Notes: generated by a model not told the origin, from the letters alone. A DNA stretch of 64,000 nt from an uncultured Pseudomonadales bacterium (GCA_964441155.1 CAYYKL010000002.1:58414-122413), one strand, 5' to 3'. Shown: positions 28,187-37,618, counted from the first letter of the stretch. A program made the numbers and translations.

Positions 28187-29248
28187 TTATAAATTTTGCT
28201 CAAAAAACTCCACACTCTTTTGCATCGCCTGAGAAAAAGTTGAGCCAGTAAAGTTGTGGTCACCGCTAGGATATTCGATTATCTCATGCTTGAGTGGTGT
28301 AGAATCAAGCACTCTACCCAAATTTCTCGCATACTCAACACTCACCACTGCATCATCTATGGGATGATGGACTTGCAAAGCGGTTGCTACATCACTCAAA
28401 TAATTTACCGGTGCCACTTGTTGCCAAAAGAAGCTACCCGCATCGAATTGACCATAGGTATCAAATAATTGCTGGCGCAACCGCTGGCGATTAGTGTCGT
28501 TTGATGGCGGCCGGTAGGAGTTGTCATCAATGCCAAAATCACGCATATCTTGATAGGTGTAGACTGCACCAGCAAAAATGACAGCCGCGGGAATATCACG
28601 CTTGGCTGCAATTGAGCGCAACACCACATTGCCGGCCATGCTATGCCCCCACAATCCAATGCGACTCTCATCTACAAAATCAAGCGATGCTAAAGCTGCG
28701 TAGGCATTAAGCGTGTCGACAACATAATCGCTGGAATAATAGGCTCCACTCGCCTCTCCTTCTGATTCTCCATGACCTCTCAGGTCTATTTTAAACACCA
28801 CAAAACCTCGTCGTGCAAAATAGTCGACGTAAGCTTGATATCTCTCTTGAGTTTTATACAGTGTCGGAGGAATGTAACCGTGGATAAACACAATTGCTGG
28901 AGCTTTTTGATCACTTGTTGCACTTGTTGGTTTAGTGAGTAGCGCGTTGATTTGCAAACGATCAGAATCATAGCTCGTGAGATAAGAAATATAGCCATTG
29001 TTGGTGCTTAGGGGGCGTAATTCCTCAACTTCACTCGCATAGTCTCGCTCACGCAAAAAGGGAATCGTGTATTCCTGAAACGGAAATGGCGTGGGTGAAA
29101 GTATGCGTGGTGCTTGAGACAAACTGGTTTCAGGCTTAAGCAAGCCAGAAATTTTTTCAGGAATTGTCTTTTGTCGCAAAGTCAAAACATATAATGCCAA
29201 GGAACCAACAAAGAGAAAGATAATCAAAATGAGATACTTTTTTTGCAT
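28187..29248 (-). CDS. Membrane-anchored alpha/beta hydrolase (dienelactone hydrolase/S9-like)
   Basis: N-terminal TM helix; GLWGHSMAGN nucleophile elbow; HG oxyanion region (IVFIHGY). Confidence 0.65.
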   Translation of the reverse strand: MQKKYLILIIFLFVGSLALYVLTLRQKTIPEKISGLLKPETSLSQAPRILSPTPFPFQEYTIPFLRERDYASEVEELRPLSTNNGYISYLTSYDSDRLQINALLTKPTSATSDQKAPAIVFIHGYIPPTLYKTQERYQAYVDYFARRGFVVFKIDLRGHGESEGEASGAYYSSDYVVDTLNAYAALASLDFVDESRIGLWGHSMAGNVVLRSIAAKRDIPAAVIFAGAVYTYQDMRDFGIDDNSYRPPSNDTNRQRLRQQLFDTYGQFDAGSFFWQQVAPVNYLSDVATALQVHHPIDDAVVSVEYARNLGRVLDSTPLKHEIIEYPSGDHNFTGSTFSQAMQKSVEFFEQNL

Positions 29249-29390
29249 GCCAAAAGATTTTACCGAGTATGCCCATTTTGTCCATGCTTGCTTACGTGCT
29301 CATTGACCACCATTGCTATGCAATAGCTGTCATAATGGTTTGATTAACCGCACTTCTCAATAAGACGTGTTATACTTAAGGCACAAATAG

Positions 29391-29699
29391 TTGAGATATT
29401 TATTCTTGAAAGTACGTGGACACATGAACTCAGGCACAAAATGCACTCGCTGCGGTAAACCCCGAAAACTCGCAAAAACATGGACCGAAGACATCGAAGT
29501 GTACGGACAAACATCTAAAGTGACTCACTCATTGTATGTGTGTGCTGATCCAACCTGCCAAGAAATTGTTGACGGAAAATTAGCTGACTTAAAGCAAGCC
29601 TCTCTCGATCGAACACAGGCAAGTTTGCAACGAGAAAACGATCGCAAAGAAGCCTTGGCCAGAAGCCAGCGCAATCGAGTCGCCAAGCCAAAAGCTTGA
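29391..29699 (+). CDS. Hypothetical zinc-ribbon protein
   Basis: CTRCGK ... CADPTC pairs (C4 zinc ribbon) and a basic C-terminal tail; 102 aa (or 91 aa from the internal Met). Confidence 0.35.
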   Translation: MRYLFLKVRGHMNSGTKCTRCGKPRKLAKTWTEDIEVYGQTSKVTHSLYVCADPTCQEIVDGKLADLKQASLDRTQASLQRENDRKEALARSQRNRVAKPKA

Positions 29700-29711
29700 A
29701 CAATATTCCCT

Positions 29712-30893
29712 TTAATCAACCAGTGTTAAAGCAATGCCTTGCTTATTGGCTCTGCCGGTGCGACCAATGCGGTGAATGTAATCTTCATAGGTTTCGGGTA
29801 GATCGTAGTTAATTACATGAGTCACGTCACTGATATCCAAACCTCTTGAGGCAACATCAGTAGCCAACAACACCCTCACTCGCTCTGACTTAAACATATC
29901 AAGTGCTTTACGACGTTGACTCTGATTTTTATTGCCATGAATAGCGGCTACCGAGAGTCCACGATCCTGCAAATTTCGAGCAATGCGATCAGTGCTATGT
30001 TTAGTTCGCACAAAAACTAAAACTTTGGAAAAGTCTTCTAAAAGCAGTAATTCATGAAGTACGTCTATTTTAATCCGACCATTTAATTTCACTACATCTT
30101 GATTTACCAATGCCGCCGTATCTTGTTTTTTAACTGAAATAACCACCGGATTGGTCAAAAACTTACGCATGACTTCCTGTGCTTTAGCGGGCAGTGTAGC
30201 TGAGAAAAACAACGTGTGTCGCTTAGCAGGCAATGCCGAGACGATGTGGGAGATATCATGGATAAAACCCATATCCAGCATTTGATCGACTTCGTCAAGC
30301 ACAATGGTTGAAAAGCGCATAAATTGCAGCACATTTCGTCGTTCTAAATCAATGAGACGTCCAGGTGTGCCGATTACAAACTGAGGCGAACGGGAAAGCG
30401 ACCGCATTTGAGGCATCATACCCATGCCACCGATACACACGCACGAAAACATATTCAAATATCGAGAAAGTTGACGGAATTCATCATTGATTTGTTCCGC
30501 TAGCTCTCGGGTTGGGGCCACAATCAAAACACGCTCATTGGGATTTGCCATGAGTTTATTGATTAAAGGAATCAAAAAAGCTGCGGTTTTCCCCGTGCCC
30601 GTGTTGGCAATTCCCACAACATCTTTGCCCTGAAGCACTTCAGGAATAATTCTTTCCTGAATGTCAGTTGGCTGCAAATAGCCTTTCGCTTCGATATTAG
30701 CGTGAATTTTGGGGTGAAGCGGAAAATCGCCAAAAGAAAGCTTGGGCACAAACACCTCAATGACTGTGTCAGTTGCTTGCCTTACCAGTAATGACGGGTC
30801 AAAACTGGATACCTTTTTGGGTCCGCGTCTAAAATTTCCATAATAGCCGGCACGATTCGTGGGGCGTGATACTCGTCTTGTCGTATACGACAT
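29712..30893 (-). CDS. DEAD-box ATP-dependent RNA helicase
   Basis: Q-motif region, motif I ANTGTGKTAAF, motif Ia PTRELA, motif II DEVD (a DEAD variant), motif III SAT, motif VI HRIGRTGR. AGGAG Shine-Dalgarno sequence 7 nt upstream. Confidence 0.9.
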   Translation of the reverse strand: MSYTTRRVSRPTNRAGYYGNFRRGPKKVSSFDPSLLVRQATDTVIEVFVPKLSFGDFPLHPKIHANIEAKGYLQPTDIQERIIPEVLQGKDVVGIANTGTGKTAAFLIPLINKLMANPNERVLIVAPTRELAEQINDEFRQLSRYLNMFSCVCIGGMGMMPQMRSLSRSPQFVIGTPGRLIDLERRNVLQFMRFSTIVLDEVDQMLDMGFIHDISHIVSALPAKRHTLFFSATLPAKAQEVMRKFLTNPVVISVKKQDTAALVNQDVVKLNGRIKIDVLHELLLLEDFSKVLVFVRTKHSTDRIARNLQDRGLSVAAIHGNKNQSQRRKALDMFKSERVRVLLATDVASRGLDISDVTHVINYDLPETYEDYIHRIGRTGRANKQGIALTLVD

Positions 30894-30913
30894 AATAAAC
30901 TCCTACTCAATTT

Positions 30914-30931
30914 CTCAAATTTTTTTGAGAG
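30914..30931 (-). promoter_or_regulatory. Hairpin (TCTCAAA-TTTT-TTTGAGA) in the 5' leader immediately upstream of the helicase SD
   Basis: Perfect 7-bp inverted repeat with a 4-nt loop, read directly. A second palindrome, ATAGACTTtggAAGTCTAT, lies at about 31011-31029. Confidence 0.3.
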
Positions 30932-31124
30932 GTCTGAGGTGTATATAGAAAAAAAGAAACTTGAGTAGTGAAAACGCTTATCTAATGTAGGAAGAGTTTT
31001 TCTCACCTGCTATAGACTTTGGAAGTCTATATGAGACTAACAGTGCCTTCTTTTCCGTGGTTAACAGGTTGAAAGTATACCTTAAGCGGTCAAGATTAGC
31101 AAATTTTTGGACATGTTGAGCGGC

Positions 31125-31520
31125 TTAATCTATCAAGTCTTTGCGCTTTAAGTCATCGAATATCAGCTGATCAACAGGACCCACACTGTCTCGTTGCGCA
31201 AAAGTGTAATAGTCAATTGATTCAATTTCAGCACTTGGCTGAAGCGTGCCTACAAAATCAGCCTGATAACAAGTCATGCGAACTATTATCCCTTCCGCTT
31301 TTCCATGAGCTTGGGCTTCAAACGTGCCATAGTGAGCGATCGTTTCTGGAATCAAGTCGACGGTTAGCTCTTCTTTAACTTCCCTCATCAAAGCTTCTTC
31401 ATCAGTTTCACCTTGCTCGCGTTTGCCACCAGGAATGTAATAGGTGTCCTTACCTTTGCTTAACGTCATCAAGATCTGACGGTTTTGAATGAAAATGAAC
31501 GCTAATTTATCGATATGCAT
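31125..31520 (-). CDS. NUDIX hydrolase (MutT-like)
   Basis: Nudix box GGKREQGETDEEALMREVKEELTV; 131 aa. Confidence 0.8.
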   Translation of the reverse strand: MHIDKLAFIFIQNRQILMTLSKGKDTYYIPGGKREQGETDEEALMREVKEELTVDLIPETIAHYGTFEAQAHGKAEGIIVRMTCYQADFVGTLQPSAEIESIDYYTFAQRDSVGPVDQLIFDDLKRKDLID

Positions 31521-31551
31521 ACTTGCCTTGCGTGATTATATCGCATCTACT

Positions 31552-33273
31552 CTATCCAAAGGTAAATGCGTACAACTCTACCTCACCCTCAATAAGCTCA
31601 AGAGTAACCGTATGTTTTCCAGGTTTTTCGAGTGAAATAAGGTGATAGAGTCTATCTGCGTCAATACTTACCACGCCATTAACCACATCAATCGCGCTAT
31701 TTTTAACTTCCCCATTAATAGTCACCCTAAGTTTGGCTGTTTTCTGCTTGGGTCGAGCCACAAGAAATGCGTTTTGGGCTTCAAAGTGCAGTTTCAGGGC
31801 GGATCCTGAGCTAGAAGGCGAGGCGAATTCCGGTGTTATTTGCCAACTTCCCTCCAGTGCAAACGAGTTTTCAGGCAACTCGTTTGGCGAACTGAAATCC
31901 ATCGATTGATCTTTGACAATATTTTCTGGCGACGATAAATATTCGATGCGGTCATAACCCAGGTATAGCTCAGGAGTTCTAGCGAACGATTTATATGTTG
32001 GGTTATTAATTGATTTTGGTGTAAATGCCTCGCCGGACTCACTCAACAGCTCTTGAATTTTCTGCTCAGTTTCGTCGTATTTGCCCTCACCAAAATGGGT
32101 ATATCGAATAACCCCCTGTTTATCCAGCAAATACTTGGCTGGCCAATAACGGTTCTTATATGCTTTCCAGGTTGCAAAATCATTGTCTTGGACGATTGGA
32201 TATGAAAGTTCAAAATCTTCAATTGCTTGAGCTACATTGTCTGGATTTTTTTCAAATTCAAACTCTGGAGAATGAACACCAATAATCACCAATCCATCTT
32301 GCTCATATTTTTCCCACCAGGTTCGCAAATATGGCAAAGTTCTCTGACAGTTAATGCAAGAATACGTCCAAAAATCGATTAACACTACCTTGCCCCGAAG
32401 CTCTTGAAGTTTGAGTGGCTCTGAGTTGAACCAATTGCCTCCAGGAATTATCTCTGGCGCCAACTCTGATGGCGAATCGATTGATTTAGAAGATGAATTA
32501 GATTGGCTCGTATTTTTTGAAGCCTCATTGTGCAGCTGATCGAGTTGATTTTTTACGAGCTCATTGTCTTCGAATTGGGTTAGACCAATTCCATAATTAG
32601 GAAACGTTTCCAAAATATAGGTTTGGAATCGTCGGTCGACATTGAAATAGATTCCAAGAGCAGTTAGGATCATGAGCATTCCAAATACTTTTTGAATTCG
32701 GCTTGTATTTCTAACTAACCAAGGCACCTTCTGCAAAGCTTTTGACCCTGCCAGCATGATCGCAAACATGGGGATGACTGTGCCAGCGGCATATGCGAGA
32801 GTCAATAAAAACGCTTGTACGGTAACAGCCCCTGTAATCGCTAAACTAATCACCGATGCCAGAATGGGGCCAACGCAAGGAGTCCACAGTAAACCTAGAG
32901 AAAATCCAATCACCAATCCTCCCCAAAAGCCGCTTCTGTCTGTACCAGATGGCATCAAATTGGCCAGTCTGCCGAAAACAATTTCCATCTTCGTTTGTAT
33001 TTGAGGAACTAGCAAACTTGCTCCAAAGGCTGACAATACCAGAATCGAAAAAATACGTAGTGATTCTGAGGGAATACCACTTAACCGAACTATAGCTGAT
33101 AAAAAGAGCGTGAAAAAGGTAAAGCTAGCAACAAATCCAATCACCACACCAACTGGCTTTTGTTTTCCTGATGCATCACTTGAAGATAAAATAATTGGCA
33201 AAAGCGGCAAAATACAGGGCGATAGAACAGTCACGATACCGGCTATAAACGCAAAAGCGATGAGTAATAACAT
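31552..33273 (-). CDS. DipZ-like fusion protein: CcdA/DsbD-type transmembrane electron-transfer domain + thioredoxin-fold domain + C-terminal beta-rich domain
   Basis: N-terminal LSPCILPLLP and later TPCVGPILA conserved-Cys helices of the CcdA/DsbD core. A central WTYSCINCQRTLP segment forms a CxxC thioredoxin fold. A roughly 200-aa C-terminal extension follows. Confidence 0.7.
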   Translation of the reverse strand: MLLLIAFAFIAGIVTVLSPCILPLLPIILSSSDASGKQKPVGVVIGFVASFTFFTLFLSAIVRLSGIPSESLRIFSILVLSAFGASLLVPQIQTKMEIVFGRLANLMPSGTDRSGFWGGLVIGFSLGLLWTPCVGPILASVISLAITGAVTVQAFLLTLAYAAGTVIPMFAIMLAGSKALQKVPWLVRNTSRIQKVFGMLMILTALGIYFNVDRRFQTYILETFPNYGIGLTQFEDNELVKNQLDQLHNEASKNTSQSNSSSKSIDSPSELAPEIIPGGNWFNSEPLKLQELRGKVVLIDFWTYSCINCQRTLPYLRTWWEKYEQDGLVIIGVHSPEFEFEKNPDNVAQAIEDFELSYPIVQDNDFATWKAYKNRYWPAKYLLDKQGVIRYTHFGEGKYDETEQKIQELLSESGEAFTPKSINNPTYKSFARTPELYLGYDRIEYLSSPENIVKDQSMDFSSPNELPENSFALEGSWQITPEFASPSSSGSALKLHFEAQNAFLVARPKQKTAKLRVTINGEVKNSAIDVVNGVVSIDADRLYHLISLEKPGKHTVTLELIEGEVELYAFTFG

Positions 33274-33284
33274 GCTATTTCCTC

Positions 33285-33794
33285 TTAGTTAATATTCGCG
33301 ATTATTTCCTTGATTTGCCCACCATTCCATGTCTTTATTGCGTTGTTTTGAGCATCAATATAGACAAAAGTGTGTTGATACGTAATTGCATAGTTCCTGG
33401 CTAGCTCCTTTTCACTATCGTCTGTGTCCGTATCGTTATAGTTGACTCGAATAACAACCACATCAGTCGGCAATTGATGCATGTTTGCTTGAATATCCTG
33501 CTCGGCTGCTTTGCAGGTTGGGCACCAGTTGGCGTAAAAGAAGAGAATTCGGCGTTTATCAAGATTCTCTAACAAAACTGTGTCCGAAAATTCTTGATAA
33601 GAGTTTGTGGCGTTCGCATCGGGTTGTGGATTTTCGGCAGTTACTTGCACCTGATTCGATTCTTGAGTTGAAGGAGTAGTGGAAAGCTCAGGTTTGCGAT
33701 TATTTGCGCCAGATAATTGGTTAGTTAAAATAATGCTTAGTCCAATGCCAAACACAATTGCAATAAGTATTCCGATTTTCATCGTCTTGGTCAT
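33285..33794 (-). CDS. Secreted/membrane-anchored thioredoxin-like protein
   Basis: N-terminal TM helix, a low-complexity linker, then FFYANWCPTCKAAE (WCPTC active site). Confidence 0.75.
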   Translation of the reverse strand: MTKTMKIGILIAIVFGIGLSIILTNQLSGANNRKPELSTTPSTQESNQVQVTAENPQPDANATNSYQEFSDTVLLENLDKRRILFFYANWCPTCKAAEQDIQANMHQLPTDVVVIRVNYNDTDTDDSEKELARNYAITYQHTFVYIDAQNNAIKTWNGGQIKEIIANIN

Positions 33795-33843
33795 ATGTTA
33801 ATGTCTCCTTATTTTGTATATCAGATATCTATTAGATGTTAGG

Positions 33844-35340
33844 TTAATGTGTTGCCTGTTGCCAACTGCCCTCGTTTGTTTTCCATCTCAATGGCGAAGG
33901 CCGAATAGATTGTAATTCATCAATTGCAGAAACTCCTCGAAACACCAAAGCCAGCACCAAATCTTCCAACAAATGATACATGTTGCTGGCGACAGTTGGT
34001 CGCACATAAGGAATAAATGATTTAATCGCTTTAGAAGTTTCACCCTCGACAAATGCTGGGATTCCTTTTGCCATCATCTTCCCATCCTGATATTTGGTTC
34101 GAGCAGATGCTTCTCCACCATAAGGCTTAAACCATTCACCTTGTTTATTAACCCAATACATAAGCCCTCCGGGAGATTCAATCGTGCCGCCTGCAGCCAA
34201 GCGACTCACCCCAATGCCAGACGCCCCCAAAACCAGCGTTGTCCCAATGTGATCACTGGCTCCCCCTTCGACAATGACCGGAATTCCTACATTTCCTCTC
34301 AAGCGCCACAGTAAATTTGGCCAATCAACCACACTTCCGGAGCGCACTGCCGTAATACATCGACCCCCGCCGCCAATTCCCATGTACAAACCATCTGCGC
34401 CCGCGGCTTCAAATTGCTTTGCTTGGGTAATCGATGTCACTTGTCCAGCAAAAATTTCGATTGAGTCGGAAAATTCGCGCCTGAGTGCATCAACAATAAC
34501 GAGTGCATCTTTGCCTGGCTCAGGAGAATACACTCTGAAGCTGCGCACACCTGCAGCATACAGTGCCTCAGCCCGTTTGAGTCCTGATTGTTCAGTTTCA
34601 ATAACACCCATGATGTTTCGCTTCCACATTTTAAGCAAGGCTTTGCGATCAGGACGGTTATGAATAAATTCTTCTTGCTTCATCCAAGCTAATGTAGCTC
34701 GAACCAAATCAACTTGACGCTTGATGTCGGCAAAAACACCGTTTCGAGGTACACAAGCTAGCGCATGGCACATGGCCACTGTTGCCAAAGCTGCTGGAGC
34801 CCCAAAAACATCAGGCATTGCTCCTGAAGCAAAGGGAATGCGCGCATGCTTACCTAATTTAATGAAGGGTCCATTTTGCAAAAGATCACGTCGAGAAACC
34901 CGACTATTCTTATGCCCAACCACAATTGATCCCAAGTCTCCAATCGAAAATGCCAAGCCATTTTCGTCGGCATAATCCATAACCTTACAAGACATTTCTT
35001 GAAGCTTAATAAATGGTTTTGTCTCAATTTTCTGCAAGGCTTCAAGCCTATTTGGATGATTCATGAGCTCCAACATATACTGGCGTACTTGGAGGGTATC
35101 CCACAGCTCTTCTTCGGAGAGCAATGTTTTACCGAGCTTGGGCAAGTAATCAAAAGGTGTCGACAGCATTCCCTGAGAGGGGTATACCTCACCTGCTTCG
35201 CCACTTTGCTTATACCACCGATCAAATAATTCGTTTTTTCGAGAGAGATAATGAGCAAATTGAGACTCTAGGTATTCACCGCCTAAAGTTTGATCCTGCA
35301 GATTTTTGAATGAAATGGTGGTTGAAGTTTTTGCTGCCAC
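33844..35340 (-). CDS. IMPDH/GMP-reductase-fold (TIM barrel) family protein, atypical
   Basis: The C-terminal half aligns by eye with the IMPDH catalytic region: GADGLYMGIGGGGRCITAVR (compare GIGPGSICTTR, Cys conserved) and IVEGGASDHIGTT...GASGIGV (compare ADGGI..GDI..A.AAGA). It has an N-terminal extension of about 200 aa with no CBS pair. Confidence 0.45.
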   Translation of the reverse strand: MAAKTSTTISFKNLQDQTLGGEYLESQFAHYLSRKNELFDRWYKQSGEAGEVYPSQGMLSTPFDYLPKLGKTLLSEEELWDTLQVRQYMLELMNHPNRLEALQKIETKPFIKLQEMSCKVMDYADENGLAFSIGDLGSIVVGHKNSRVSRRDLLQNGPFIKLGKHARIPFASGAMPDVFGAPAALATVAMCHALACVPRNGVFADIKRQVDLVRATLAWMKQEEFIHNRPDRKALLKMWKRNIMGVIETEQSGLKRAEALYAAGVRSFRVYSPEPGKDALVIVDALRREFSDSIEIFAGQVTSITQAKQFEAAGADGLYMGIGGGGRCITAVRSGSVVDWPNLLWRLRGNVGIPVIVEGGASDHIGTTLVLGASGIGVSRLAAGGTIESPGGLMYWVNKQGEWFKPYGGEASARTKYQDGKMMAKGIPAFVEGETSKAIKSFIPYVRPTVASNMYHLLEDLVLALVFRGVSAIDELQSIRPSPLRWKTNEGSWQQATH

Positions 35341-35448
35341 GCACTAACCATTAAAGCAAAGAAATTGCGATATGTCAGAAGCAATTTTTATTGGCAACAC
35401 TCGTGTTACACTATAATTATTAGGGTAACAAATAGTTTTTGGAGGTAT

Positions 35449-35889
35449 ATGGCAAAGAATTTTTCGTTTTCAAAAAATCCCGGCATGATTATCACAGCCA
35501 CCTATGTGATCATGTATATCGTTAATGCTCCCATCCTGTATCTTGCAAATATGTTATTCCCCGAGCAAGTAGTATTGGGAACCGCTACCCTTTCGTTGAT
35601 GTGGGCAGTAGTTTTAAGCATGAGTGCCTTATCATTAATCCTCACGCTTCTGATTCCGTTTTTACATGAAATTGAGCGGAAACTCGATCGTGACTTAACC
35701 ATGCAAGAGTGGATCGGAGCATATCTAGCCATTAACTTTGGCGGCATTTGGCTCATTTCGCGCTTTTCCGAGCAATTTGGTCTGGGTGTTTCATCCTGGC
35801 TGGTAGTCTTGGGATTAGCAGTTGTTATGAACCTGGTTCAGGGTGTAATTATGATGCAATTTGAGAAATTCAGAAAATCACACAACTAG
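35449..35889 (+). CDS. Hypothetical membrane protein (4 TM)
   Basis: Hydrophobic 146-aa ORF (MAKNFSFSK...); start chosen at the internal ATG. Confidence 0.35.
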   Translation: MAKNFSFSKNPGMIITATYVIMYIVNAPILYLANMLFPEQVVLGTATLSLMWAVVLSMSALSLILTLLIPFLHEIERKLDRDLTMQEWIGAYLAINFGGIWLISRFSEQFGLGVSSWLVVLGLAVVMNLVQGVIMMQFEKFRKSHN

Positions 35890-35947
35890 TTTCGAGCGTT
35901 GAAAAAACCAAGCGAAAATACTGGGCAGTTAAGTATGCGGGTAGAAT

Positions 35948-36790
35948 CTATATCTGTGTATTGCAAGCTGCAAAGGAACCTTGCTCGTAGCCGCGGTTAA
36001 ACCATGTCAATCGCTGCTCTGCTGATCCATGTGTCCATGATTCTGGATTGACTCGACCTGTTGTCTTGGCTTGAATCCGATCATCTCCGACTGCGGCAGC
36101 TGCATCCATTGCTTCTCCAATTTCTCCCGCTTCTAACACTCCTAAATCTTTAATGGAATGAAACCAAAGACCTGCAAAACAGTCTGCCTGCAATTCCAGC
36201 GCAATTGAAGCTTCGTTGGCACGATCTGGATTGGTACGCTCAATCTCCTGCACTTTTTCCATAGTTCCCAACTCTTGTTGTGCGTGATGCGCGGCTTCAT
36301 GAGCAATAACATAGGCTTCGGCCACGTCACCCCCTTGAGCTCCCAAACGATTGGTTAGCTCATCAAAAAAAGTTTCATCGAGGTAAATGATCTTGTCCAG
36401 CGGGCAATAATGGGGGCCTATTTGAGAAGTAGCCGTGCCACAGCCTGATTGCGTGGCAACGCGAAATAAGACCATTTTTGGTTGTGTGTAAGTTCGATTT
36501 ATATTACTAAACTCTTGTTCCCACAGGACATTGTTCGATCCAAGCACTGTTGAAGCAAACACTTCATACGCATCTTCACCTTCGAATTCTGGGTTTTGTT
36601 TAATCGGTTGAGTTTGGACCGGTAACGATTCGAGTTGTGTTAATACATCACCCAAATCACCACCTGTGAGCAAATTAAAGGCCACGATCAAAGCCACGCC
36701 GGTTAAGCTTATTCCTCCCAATGCCACAGGACCAAGTGAGCGCCTGTCTTCGACATTTCCTCGGGTATTTAGTTTATCCCACACTGCCAT
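35948..36790 (-). CDS. Putative neutral zinc metallopeptidase (YpfJ-like)
   Basis: N-terminal TM anchor; HExxH site AHEAAHH and the surrounding pattern of the YpfJ-type family. Confidence 0.65.
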   Translation of the reverse strand: MAVWDKLNTRGNVEDRRSLGPVALGGISLTGVALIVAFNLLTGGDLGDVLTQLESLPVQTQPIKQNPEFEGEDAYEVFASTVLGSNNVLWEQEFSNINRTYTQPKMVLFRVATQSGCGTATSQIGPHYCPLDKIIYLDETFFDELTNRLGAQGGDVAEAYVIAHEAAHHAQQELGTMEKVQEIERTNPDRANEASIALELQADCFAGLWFHSIKDLGVLEAGEIGEAMDAAAAVGDDRIQAKTTGRVNPESWTHGSAEQRLTWFNRGYEQGSFAACNTQI

Positions 36791-37057
36791 AGTTTTTCCC
36801 TTTCATTCACATTACAGTACGTATATTCTCGTGATCATATGAGGCAAATGTAAGAATTAGGCAAGGCAACAGTAAAAATATCAATGATCATAAATACAAT
36901 ATATCCTAGAATTTTTAACTCCTACATAGTGCTTATTGGTTGATGAGTCATTATCGAATGAGCATAGAAAATCTCACTTACAGCGATATTACAAAAGTTT
37001 CACGATTGCCCATGCAAGCACAAGTATTATTCGTACTTAGATTGGAGGTGATACAAA

Positions 37058-37567
37058 ATGACAAACAGACAAATTGTTGGATTATTTTCCAACTATGATG
37101 ATGCAAATGCTGCGGTAGCTGATTTAATGGCTAGCGGCTTTTCCAAAGGAGATTTAGATTTGGTCGCCAAAGAAGAAACACTTAAAGCAGCCGGAACGTC
37201 TCAAGCTGAGGTCGAAAAAGACTTGGGCGGAGGCACCGTTTCGGGCGCTAAAACAGGTGCTATGCTTGGTGGAATCGCTGGATTAATCGTTGGTGTTTCG
37301 GCTCTTGCAGTGCCAGGCATCGGACCATTGATTACCCTGGGCACACTATCAACCGCCATTGGCTCAACTGCCGTTGGTGCCGGTGTTGGAGCTGCTGGAG
37401 GTGGAGTGGTTGGCGCTTTGGTTGGTTTAGGTTTTTCCGATGATGAAGCAACTGAATTTGAACAGGGATTGAACCAAGGATCAATTCTAGTTGCTGCAAA
37501 AGTGAATGGCAATGAACAGGTTATTCGCGATATCTTCCAAAAGCATAACGCGGTAAAAATTCACTAA
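37058..37567 (+). CDS. General stress protein 17M-like (YflT/DUF1269 family) with Gly-rich membrane-associated core
   Basis: N-terminal IVGLFSNYDDANAAVADLMASGFSKGDLDLVAK matches the YflT N-domain. The central Gly/Ala-rich hydrophobic stretch and C-terminal amphipathic region are also typical. Confidence 0.6.
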   Translation: MTNRQIVGLFSNYDDANAAVADLMASGFSKGDLDLVAKEETLKAAGTSQAEVEKDLGGGTVSGAKTGAMLGGIAGLIVGVSALAVPGIGPLITLGTLSTAIGSTAVGAGVGAAGGGVVGALVGLGFSDDEATEFEQGLNQGSILVAAKVNGNEQVIRDIFQKHNAVKIH

Positions 37568-37582
37568 AAACAACGCTTTAAT

Positions 37583-37618
37583 TAAACAAACACTCTCTAT
37601 CAACAGAGAGTGTTTGTT
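37583..37618. terminator. Bidirectional intrinsic terminator-like hairpin between convergent genes
   Basis: Perfect 15-bp inverted repeat AAACAAACACTCTCT / AGAGAGTGTTTGTTT with a 6-nt loop. A/T runs on both sides; it lies between the converging yflT-like and ABC exporter genes. Confidence 0.6.

Noticed and set aside
37201-37512. 103-aa antisense ORF rich in Pro/Thr/Ala inside the YflT-like gene
   Set aside because: It is the reverse-strand shadow of the Gly/Ala-rich coding repeat of the plus-strand gene. It has no start context, and its composition mirrors the sense-strand codons.
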